Source: a bacterium (GTDB lineage: Bacteria; Patescibacteriota; Patescibacteriia; 2-12-FULL-60-25). Taken from it: 24,000 nt of DNA. Below are positions 16,781 through 23,503 of the stretch, in pieces. Location of the stretch: assembly GCA_021796435.1 (NCBI GenBank), contig JAJYXM010000016.1, forward strand, positions 1,281,580 through 1,305,579, in the 5' to 3' direction. Numbering within the stretch: position 1 is the stretch's first letter; the number at the start of each line of letters is the position of its first letter. A program made the translations under genes and the position numbers. Under the pieces are notes generated by a model. It saw nothing but the letters and a program-made list of their open reading frames with translations, made no database searches and was not told the DNA's origin.

Positions 16781-17758
16781 TCAATTATTATTCAATAGCG
16801 GCTCCCACCAATCGCGGTTAGCCAAAAACCATTCGACCGTATGCTTGAGACCGGTCTCGAACGTGTACTGTGGCTGCCAACCAAGTTCGCGCCGTGCCTT
16901 AGCCGAATCTATAGCATAGCGACGGTCATGGCCCTTGCGGTCTTCGACGTAAGAGATGAGTGTTTCGGGTTTATCCAGGTGACGCAAGATAGCTTTCACG
17001 ACTTCAATGTTAGGCACTTCACTATCCCCTCCCAGGCAATAAGTCTCGCCGACCCTACCCTTCTCCAAGATCGCCTCGATGCCCCGGCAGTGATCGGTGA
17101 CGTGGATCCAATCACGGACGTTCAGGCCGTCACCATAAACCGGCAGCGACTTGTCCTGCAGCGCATGCGTGATCATGAGCGGGATAAGTTTCTCAGGATG
17201 ATGATATGGTCCGTAATTATTGGAGCAATTCGAGATGGTGAACAGCAAGTCGTGCGTGTGACAAAAAGCGCGGACCAATTGTTCTGCCCCGACCTTAGAC
17301 GCGGAGTATGGGCTACGTGCGTCATGCGGAGAGCGTTCATCGAAGCGACGAGCTTCATCCAATTCCAGGCTGCCGAAGACCTCGTCTGTCGAGATGTGGT
17401 GGAAGCGCTTGATCTGCTTTTCGCGTCTGCGGACTTCTTCGAGCAGGTTGAAAGTGCCGATGACGTTCGTCTCGAGGAAGACGCGTCCGCCGTCGATGGA
17501 ACGGTCGACGTGCGATTCGGCGGCGAAGTGCACCACGACATCCACACCTTCCATGGCGCGGGAGACGTCTTCGGGATTACGGATATCGCCGTGGACAAAG
17601 GAATAGCGCGATTCGTCGATGCCCTTCAGGTTCTCCGGATTCCCGGCATACGTCAGGGCATCGAGATTGACGATATCATCTTCGGGATGCTGCTCCAGCC
17701 AATAACGGATGAAATTCGATCCGATAAACCCCGCACCACCTGTAACCAATAGCTTCAT
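16781..17758 (-). CDS. rmlB: dTDP-glucose 4,6-dehydratase
   Basis: MKLLVTGGAGFIGSNF, HISTDEVFG, YSASK (YxxxK). Start set at ATG 17758 (325 aa). Confidence 0.94.
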   Translation of the reverse strand: MKLLVTGGAGFIGSNFIRYWLEQHPEDDIVNLDALTYAGNPENLKGIDESRYSFVHGDIRNPEDVSRAMEGVDVVVHFAAESHVDRSIDGGRVFLETNVIGTFNLLEEVRRREKQIKRFHHISTDEVFGSLELDEARRFDERSPHDARSPYSASKVGAEQLVRAFCHTHDLLFTISNCSNNYGPYHHPEKLIPLMITHALQDKSLPVYGDGLNVRDWIHVTDHCRGIEAILEKGRVGETYCLGGDSEVPNIEVVKAILRHLDKPETLISYVEDRKGHDRRYAIDSAKARRELGWQPQYTFETGLKHTVEWFLANRDWWEPLLNNN

Positions 17759-17862
17759 ATAATTGAGTATCGTGCACAACCAACGAACGTCACCCACCTA
17801 TCCAGCTGCCCGATCAGGTGCTGCGGGGTGAATCCGGCACCGCCGGTCACAAATAGTCTCAT
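17755..17862 (-). pseudogene. 35-codon relic of an SDR (epimerase/dehydratase) N-terminus acting as an ATGA-coupled upstream ORF of rmlB
   Basis: Own translation: MRLFVTGGAGFTPQHLIGQLDRWVTFVGCARYSII*. The GxxGxxG Rossmann start parallels the rmlB N-terminus but uses GC3-rich codons. Its TGA (17757..17755) overlaps the rmlB ATG (17758..17756). Confidence 0.6.
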
Positions 17863-17871
17863 ATCAAAAGC

Positions 17872-17900
17872 ATTTAACCAAGCAAAGCGACCTAGGTCAA
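17872..17900 (-). promoter_or_regulatory. promoter TTGACC-17-TTAAAT placed 9 nt from the relic-ORF ATG
   Basis: On the minus strand, TTGACC is at 17900..17895, followed by a 17-nt spacer and TTAAAT at 17877..17872. ATG is at 17862. Confidence 0.55.
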
Positions 17901-17961
17901 TCGCTTGACTCAAACCAAGGTTCTGCTAGGCTCGACATAGCCCTTTGCGACTGGAGGAGGC

Positions 17962-18279
17962 ATGCCGGTCATAATCGACGACGACAACGCGATGCGCCAA
18001 GACAGCCTGCGTCCGACCTCAGTGGAGAGCAGCTTGCCGACGCTGCCGCCGAAGAAGAAAAGAGGCATCTTCCCTCTTTACTATGGTCTTGTCCTGCTCT
18101 TCGTTAGCACCCTGGCTGCCGGCTCTGTGGTATATGGTATCTACATCATGCCGACGCTGGGCAAGAACACCCTGGCCGTTAACCTGGCAGTCATTCTGCT
18201 CGTCACGAGCCAGTGCACGCTACTCGCGCTACATCTGCTCGCCCTCGACTTCGAGCACATCAAGAACAGCCGTCGATAG
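17962..18279 (+). CDS. small membrane protein, 105 aa, two predicted TM helices (GC3-rich cassette gene)
   Basis: Strong SD site GGAGGAGG (17953-17960) before the ATG. Hydrophobic stretches LYYGLVLLFVSTLAAGSVVYGIYI and LAVNLAVILLVTSQCTLLALHLLAL. A terminator follows. Confidence 0.55.
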   Translation: MPVIIDDDNAMRQDSLRPTSVESSLPTLPPKKKRGIFPLYYGLVLLFVSTLAAGSVVYGIYIMPTLGKNTLAVNLAVILLVTSQCTLLALHLLALDFEHIKNSRR

Positions 18280-18285
18280 GCTGAC

Positions 18286-18327
18286 CAAAAAGGCGGACCG
18301 ATCTCTCGGCCCGCCTCATATTTTTTA
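18286..18327. terminator. bidirectional terminator shared by the 105-aa gene and infB
   Basis: A-run, then stem ggcggaccga / tcggcccgcc (one mismatch) with loop tctc, then T-run 18321-18326. Confidence 0.75.
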
Positions 18328-18335
18328 ATCAAGGC

Positions 18336-20354
18336 TTATCGCGAAACGGCGATCTTCCTTTCCTTCACTTCCTCGTGATATATCTCGAGCTTGTCGCCTA
18401 CCTGGATTTTGGTCTTACCTTTGAAGGAAATCCCGCATTCTTGTCCGCCTGCAGCTTCTTTCATGGTCTGTTTGCCGATCTGGATCGAATCCACCGTGCC
18501 TTCGCCGATAGGCTCTTCGCCGCGCCATACGCGTATCTTGGCGCCGGTCACGACCTTACCCTCTTTGACCTTACCACCAACGACCATGCGCCCAGGTTCG
18601 GTGCGGAAGATGGCGACTGTCTCGAACGTGCCCAGCGGCGTGCGGATGACTTCCGGCGGAACCAGGATGTTGAGACGCTTGATGACGTCGTCGAACAGCT
18701 CGTAGATGATCTTGAATTCTTTGACGTCCACCTTCTTCTCGCGCGCCAAAACGGATACCTGCGGCAAGACCGCGACATTGAACGCATAGACCACAGCGGG
18801 CTGTGAGCTTTCGGCTCGCGTGATGTCGTTTTCGTTGACGTTACCCAAACCCTTCTGGATGACTTCCACGCCGACGTCGTCATGCTGGAATTTCTCGAAC
18901 ATGCCGAGCAAGGCCTCGAGTGAACCAAGCGTGTCGCATTTCAAGATGACATACAGAGTCTTCTTCTTGTTTTCTTCTTCGCCTTCGGCCTTGACCGTCT
19001 TGGTGGCGGTGAGCTGGGTCGCGACCTGCATCGAAGTCTTCACTTTCTTGGCTTCCAACAGCTTGGGATCCGCAGGGACTTCCAAAATATCTCCCACGGC
19101 CGGCAGGACCTTGAAGCCAAGGAGTTTGACGGGCGTTCCTGGCGGCGCTTCGTCCAGATTCTTTCCGGTCCAATCGCGCATGGCGCGGACACGGCCATAA
19201 GCCGCTCCGCCGATACCGATGTAATCGTTGCGGCGTAACGTGCCTGCCTGGACGAGGACGGTCGCGACCGGACCTTCACCCTTATCCAAGTGCGATTCGA
19301 TGATGGTGCCGACAGCCAAACGATCCGGGTTGGCTCGGATCTTATCCGCGTTCATGTCGGCGACGAGCAAGATGACTTCAAGGATGTCGTCGATACCCAT
19401 GCCGCTCTTGGCCGAGATCTTGACCAACGGCACATCGCCGCCCCAGGCTTCGGTCGAGACGCCAGCTTCGTTCAGTTGGGAAAGCACGCGATCAGGGTCC
19501 GCTTCAGGCTTGTCCATCTTGTTCAACGCGACGATGAACGGCAGATGCGCAGCTTTGATGATGTTGATGGCTTCCTTGGTCTGCGGTTGTACGCCATCAT
19601 CAGCGGCGACGACCAGGATGGCGATGTCTGCGACCTTGGCGCCGCGCGAACGCATGATGGTGAAAGCTTCGTGGCCTGGAGTATCGATGAAAGTCATCGG
19701 ACGATTCTTACGCACGACCTGATACGCCCCGATATGCTGCGTGATGCCACCGGCTTCCTTGTCCACGACATTGGTGCGACGGATGGCGTCGAGCAGCTTC
19801 GTCTTGCCATGGTCCACGTGACCCATGACGACCACGACGGGCGCATGCGGTTTGAGGTTTTCATCGGCTTCAGCCGCAAAAAGCTCTTTGACGCGATCCA
19901 GCGCCTGGACTGTCTCGATGGCATCTTCTTTTTTCCCTTCTTCCAGCGTGGCCTTGAACCCAAGCTCTTCGGCGATGATGGCGGCGGTCTCGAAATCCAG
20001 ACGTTCGTTCTGCGAAGCGAGGATACCGGCCTTCATGAGCTGCTGGATGACCTTGGTGACCGGAAGATTCAGTTTGCCCGCCAGATCGCGCACGACCATG
20101 ACCTGCGGCAACACGATGTCCTTGAGCTGACGCGGCGCCGCGACTTCGCCTGGTCGGAGAACCGAAGAAGATAAAAGCGAGTTGCGCAGTCGTTCGCGGC
20201 GTTCGTTCTCGAACCACTTCTTCATGATACGGTCAGCGACCATATCATCGACTTTGATGGCGCGACCTCCGATATCGAAACCGAGCGCCGGGAGTTTCTC
20301 CAGGAGCTCGTGCGGGGTCACTTTCAAACGGCGGGCCAAATCAGATACATTCAT
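18336..20354 (-). CDS. infB: translation initiation factor IF-2 (short form, 672 aa)
   Basis: IF2_N-like MNVSDLARRLKV. GTPase motifs GHVDHGKT, DTPGHEAF and NKMD. The track start 20390 is a TTG lying inside the predicted promoter; the first ATG is at 20354. Confidence 0.95.
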   Translation of the reverse strand: MNVSDLARRLKVTPHELLEKLPALGFDIGGRAIKVDDMVADRIMKKWFENERRERLRNSLLSSSVLRPGEVAAPRQLKDIVLPQVMVVRDLAGKLNLPVTKVIQQLMKAGILASQNERLDFETAAIIAEELGFKATLEEGKKEDAIETVQALDRVKELFAAEADENLKPHAPVVVVMGHVDHGKTKLLDAIRRTNVVDKEAGGITQHIGAYQVVRKNRPMTFIDTPGHEAFTIMRSRGAKVADIAILVVAADDGVQPQTKEAINIIKAAHLPFIVALNKMDKPEADPDRVLSQLNEAGVSTEAWGGDVPLVKISAKSGMGIDDILEVILLVADMNADKIRANPDRLAVGTIIESHLDKGEGPVATVLVQAGTLRRNDYIGIGGAAYGRVRAMRDWTGKNLDEAPPGTPVKLLGFKVLPAVGDILEVPADPKLLEAKKVKTSMQVATQLTATKTVKAEGEEENKKKTLYVILKCDTLGSLEALLGMFEKFQHDDVGVEVIQKGLGNVNENDITRAESSQPAVVYAFNVAVLPQVSVLAREKKVDVKEFKIIYELFDDVIKRLNILVPPEVIRTPLGTFETVAIFRTEPGRMVVGGKVKEGKVVTGAKIRVWRGEEPIGEGTVDSIQIGKQTMKEAAGGQECGISFKGKTKIQVGDKLEIYHEEVKERKIAVSR

Positions 20355-20361
20355 GTCACGA

Positions 20362-20390
20362 ATATTACGGAAAATAGGCCAAAAAGTCAA
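20362..20390 (-). promoter_or_regulatory. promoter TTGACT-17-TAATAT only 7 nt from the infB ATG (leaderless-type)
   Basis: On the minus strand, TTGACT is at 20390..20385, followed by a 17-nt spacer and TAATAT at 20367..20362, then tcgtgac and the ATG. Confidence 0.6.
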
Positions 20391-20439
20391 CCATAAGATG
20401 ATTCATGAATCCTTAGTCTACCGTCTTAGGTCTTAAGGG

Positions 20440-20468
20440 TTGACGATTAGGCCTTTTTAGGCTAAGTT
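20440..20468 (+). promoter_or_regulatory. promoter TTGACG-17-TAAGTT for the pentapeptide-repeat gene
   Basis: TTGACG at 20440-20445, TAAGTT at 20463-20468. SD site AGGAAGG lies about 6 nt before ATG 20504. Confidence 0.55.
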
Positions 20469-20503
20469 AAGCCATCCTTCGCGAGACAGAAAGGAAGGTA
20501 GAA

Positions 20504-20944
20504 ATGGCTGATGAGAGGCTCGTTCAGATGATCAAGCGTTCGGTCATTGAGTTCAATGCTTGGCGCGATAACGTCGAGGAGAAGGACGGCGCCCCGATGA
20601 TCGACCTCCAAGAGGCAGATCTGAAGGATTGCCATCTCGATGGCATCAACCTCAATCGAGCTTTACTCGATGGTGCCGACTTGCGCGGCTCGCGACTGCG
20701 ATCGGCGAACCTCGAAGAGGCCAGCTTGGGTCACGCCGAGCTCGTTCACGCCGACCTTTGCGGAGCACATATGACGGGCGCGTGCGTCTCGCATGCGGAC
20801 TTCACCAACGCCAATCTCACCGGCGTCATATTCCGCGGAGTCGAGGGTATCGAGACAGCCTGCTTCTGCGACGCGACTGTGGAACCCAAGGCGCAGCGCG
20901 TGATCCTCGCGATCATCGCGGAATCGATGCACGACGCGCGATGA
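20504..20944 (+). CDS. pentapeptide-repeat protein, 146 aa (GC3-rich cassette gene)
   Basis: Tandem A(D/N)LxG-type pentads: ADLKDCHLDGINLNRALLDGADLRGSRLRSANLEEASLGHAELVHADLCGAHMTGACVSHADFTNANLTG. The N-terminal helix with the WRD motif is typical of the family. Confidence 0.85.
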   Translation: MADERLVQMIKRSVIEFNAWRDNVEEKDGAPMIDLQEADLKDCHLDGINLNRALLDGADLRGSRLRSANLEEASLGHAELVHADLCGAHMTGACVSHADFTNANLTGVIFRGVEGIETACFCDATVEPKAQRVILAIIAESMHDAR

Positions 20945-20978
20945 TCTTTCATGAGGGGATGCCCTATCCCCGAAATGG

Positions 20979-21027
20979 CCCGGCAGCAGCAGAAAAAAAT
21001 CTGCATCCTCGCTGCCGGGTTTGAAGT
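20979..21027 (+). terminator. terminator after the pentapeptide gene
   Basis: Stem cccggcagc (20979-20987) / gctgccggg (21011-21019) with inner pairing gcag/ctgc, then tttgaagttt. Confidence 0.6.
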
Positions 21028-21043
21028 TTATCAACAAATTCTT

Positions 21044-21071
21044 TTGTGACTACGAGCACATGAGGTAAAAT
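21044..21071 (+). promoter_or_regulatory. promoter TTGTGA-16-TAAAAT for the 167-aa gene
   Basis: TTGTGA at 21044-21049, TAAAAT at 21066-21071. SD site AAGGAG (21078-21083) lies 7 nt before ATG 21091. Confidence 0.55.
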
Positions 21072-21090
21072 ATCCTTAAGGAGAGTGCAC

Positions 21091-21594
21091 ATGTTCTTTC
21101 GATCCGATCGAGTACTCGAAGCATGCTCGGGCTCACTCGATGATCCCGGACGTTTCGAAAACATCTACAGCAGTCTGCTGGACGGTCGCCTCGTACCGCG
21201 CGATTACCCCGGACACCTCAAGGCATTCCTCGAGGAATTGCCAAGCGCAGAGGAGCAGGCCAAGATCCTCCACCGCTTCACCAGCCTAGCCAATGAGCAT
21301 GGCTGTTCCATCGGAGATTTCCGCTGGTGGGAGATCGTGCCGAACGAGCGCGTGCTCTTCGCCGCACTGCAACGCGACGGCCACAAAATCACCACCGTAT
21401 TCTGGTGGAAGGATACGGCCAAAGGCGAGCGGCGCATCAGCATGAACAACGCGAATCCGGCGTGGATCCCCGACGTGGATGAACCGGGCTGCTGGCGCGT
21501 CCAGTTCGAAGCCGCGACCTATCAAGAGGTCAAGGCTCACTTCAAGAGTTGGCTAGCCAAGCCGCTCGAACTGCCCCACCAGTGGGCAGCCTGA
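21091..21594 (+). CDS. hypothetical protein, 167 aa (GC3-rich cassette gene)
   Basis: Start moved from the track GTG 21085 to the SD-positioned ATG 21091. Trp-rich (FRWWEI, VFWWKD, PGCWRV). No family recognised. Confidence 0.6.
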   Translation: MFFRSDRVLEACSGSLDDPGRFENIYSSLLDGRLVPRDYPGHLKAFLEELPSAEEQAKILHRFTSLANEHGCSIGDFRWWEIVPNERVLFAALQRDGHKITTVFWWKDTAKGERRISMNNANPAWIPDVDEPGCWRVQFEAATYQEVKAHFKSWLAKPLELPHQWAA

Positions 21595-21677
21595 CCCGAC
21601 ACATCAGGACCTCGTCCCATCCGACCCGGAACGCAACCTCGCGTGACCGGGTCTTCTGTATAATGTAGGATGCCGAC

Positions 21678-22343
21678 ATGATGGATTCACCTTCCCCAAA
21701 CATTCTCCTGATCGACAAACCTGCCGGGATGACTTCGCATGACGTAGTGGACCGAGTGCGAAGGATTTTCGGTACACGCAAAGTCGGCCATGCGGGAACA
21801 TTAGACCCGTTCGCTACAGGCTTGTTGATCTTGGGCATCGGACCAGGGACGAAGGAACTGACGGGACTAGTCGGTCTGGATAAGACATACCTCGCGACAG
21901 CACGTTTAGGAGCGACCAGTACGACCGAGGATCCGGAGGGAGAGATCACTGAACGTGCAGCGTGCAGCGTACCGCGTATCGACGAAATAGAGACGATCTT
22001 GGAGAAATTCCGTGGGGGCTATGAGCAGACAGCGTCGGCTTTCAGCGCCAAAAAAATCAAAGGCAAAAAACTTTATGACTTGGCGCGCCAAGGCAAACTG
22101 GATGGCGTCGAGATACCGAAAAAACAAGTGACGATAAGCGAGCTCAAAGTCCTGGAATATGAATGGCCCTACCTGACTTTCGAGGTCTCGTGCTCAAGCG
22201 GCACATATATACGAGCATTGGCTCGTGATATCGGTGAAGCTTTAGGTTGTGGCGCCTATCTCACTGAATTGCGGCGGACGCGCATCGGCCAGTACAGGAT
22301 CGAGGAAGCGAAAAATTTGGATGGCTTGACATCCGAAAGATGA
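21678..22343 (+). CDS. truB: tRNA pseudouridine(55) synthase TruB, short form without a PUA domain
   Basis: LLIDKPAGMTSHDVV and GHAGTLDPFATGLLILG (catalytic Asp). 221 aa. A perfect TATAAT at 21659-21664 lies 13 nt upstream of the ATG. Confidence 0.93.
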   Translation: MMDSPSPNILLIDKPAGMTSHDVVDRVRRIFGTRKVGHAGTLDPFATGLLILGIGPGTKELTGLVGLDKTYLATARLGATSTTEDPEGEITERAACSVPRIDEIETILEKFRGGYEQTASAFSAKKIKGKKLYDLARQGKLDGVEIPKKQVTISELKVLEYEWPYLTFEVSCSSGTYIRALARDIGEALGCGAYLTELRRTRIGQYRIEEAKNLDGLTSER

Positions 22344-22368
22344 CATCAAATAAAAACGTATCTATAAT
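22340..22368 (+). promoter_or_regulatory. promoter aTGACA-17-TATAAT for the cytochrome-b5-like gene
   Basis: ATGACA at 22340-22345 overlaps the truB stop; TATAAT is at 22363-22368. Confidence 0.55.
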
Positions 22369-22406
22369 TAGATGACCATTAATCATAAAAGAACTAATCC
22401 TTGAGT

Positions 22407-22778
22407 ATGAAAAGATTCGCTTATTTAGCGTTGACCCTCGTTTTCCTCGGAGCCGGATGCAGCCAAGCGCAACCAGCCGCACAGCCGACGCAGACACCTG
22501 CCGGACAAGCGACGCAGCCGACTTCCCAGACAGCGGTAGATACATCAACCAAATATTCGTTGGACGATGTCGCCAAACACGCGACCGCGGATGATTGCTG
22601 GATGGCGATCGACGGCAAGGTCTATAACGTGACGAGCTATGTCGACCAACATCCAGGCGGACCTGCGATCCTGAAGGGCTGCGGCAAGGATGCGACAGAT
22701 ATGTTCAATTCCGTCGAAAAACATGCAGGAAAAGCGACCGGCATGCTGGGTGAATTCCAGATCGGATTGCTCAAATAA
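22407..22778 (+). CDS. cytochrome b5-like heme/steroid-binding domain lipoprotein
   Basis: Signal peptide with lipobox (LVFLGAG|C), a Q/P/T-rich linker, then DDCWMAIDGKVYNVTSYVDQHPGG. First ATG at 22407 (the track start 22401 is a TTG). Confidence 0.85.
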   Translation: MKRFAYLALTLVFLGAGCSQAQPAAQPTQTPAGQATQPTSQTAVDTSTKYSLDDVAKHATADDCWMAIDGKVYNVTSYVDQHPGGPAILKGCGKDATDMFNSVEKHAGKATGMLGEFQIGLLK

Positions 22779-22798
22779 CACCTTAGCCAAACACAAAA

Positions 22799-22823
22799 AA
22801 GAGCGGACCAGGCGTCCGCTCTT
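22799..22823 (+). terminator. terminator hairpin after the cytochrome-b5-like gene
   Basis: aagagcggac-caggc-gtccgctctt, a perfect 10-bp stem with a modest T content downstream. Confidence 0.6.
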
Positions 22824-22826
22824 CGC

Positions 22827-22855
22827 TTTACAAATGATCGATATGTCTTTAAGGT
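22827..22855 (+). promoter_or_regulatory. promoter TTTACA-17-TAAGGT for the 184-aa gene
   Basis: TTTACA at 22827-22832, TAAGGT at 22850-22855. Confidence 0.5.
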
Positions 22856-22864
22856 GACGCGGCA

Positions 22865-22878
22865 CTTTCTCGAGAAAG
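22865..22878. promoter_or_regulatory. perfect 14-bp palindrome CTTTCTCGAGAAAG between the -10 and the SD site
   Basis: Read directly from the sequence. Its 3' arm runs into the AAGGGGGA SD site of the 184-aa gene. Confidence 0.45.
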
Positions 22879-22887
22879 GGGGATCGC

Positions 22888-23442
22888 ATGAGTCCCGTCG
22901 AAATCAAATACGAGTTCCTGCTGCTTCCGCCCAAGACCATCCAAGCCATCGTCCCGGTCATCAAAGCGATACCCGATGACTGGACCTACGTGGAAGGTGG
23001 TCTGCACCTCTCGACGAACAAAAAGGCGATAGCCAACCTGCGTTGCCTGGTCGGTGATGCCGATCCGGCGATGACCACTTGGAGCGCAGAGCCTCCATCG
23101 AGCAAGCCGAATCTCACCGCATGGCTCGCCAAAGGCGGAGCGCCGGAGTTCATCGATATCTCATATCCGGGACAATACGGCAGCAGGCCGACCGGATACA
23201 TGTCCCGGATGAAGTCGCTCATCCTCGCGCTCATCGCGCAGGGCTACTACCCCAATCTGCAGTTCTTCCGCGACGCCAAGGGGCAGGAGTGGAACGGCGC
23301 CGAATGCCGTCTCTCCACCTTCAAGGGCACGGAGCTCACCTTGATCATCAAGCCGCACGAAGGCGGCACCGAAGCGTGCGTTGCGCCGATCATCCAGGCT
23401 TGCCTGACCGGCGGTTGGGTCAAAGCCAACAAGCGCCACTAA
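22888..23442 (+). CDS. hypothetical protein, 184 aa (GC3-rich cassette gene)
   Basis: SD site AAGGGGGA upstream of the ATG, CTC/AAG/ATC-rich codons, and its own promoter and terminator. No family recognised. Confidence 0.6.
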   Translation: MSPVEIKYEFLLLPPKTIQAIVPVIKAIPDDWTYVEGGLHLSTNKKAIANLRCLVGDADPAMTTWSAEPPSSKPNLTAWLAKGGAPEFIDISYPGQYGSRPTGYMSRMKSLILALIAQGYYPNLQFFRDAKGQEWNGAECRLSTFKGTELTLIIKPHEGGTEACVAPIIQACLTGGWVKANKRH

Positions 23443-23450
23443 CCTCAATG

Positions 23451-23503
23451 GCCCCGGAATCCACCTGAAGACAGGCTGGGATATCCGGGGCTGCTGCTTT
23501 TTT
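23451..23503 (+). terminator. terminator after the 184-aa gene
   Basis: gccccgga (23451-23458) / tccggggc (23484-23491) with an imperfectly paired interior, then T6 at 23498-23503. Confidence 0.55.
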
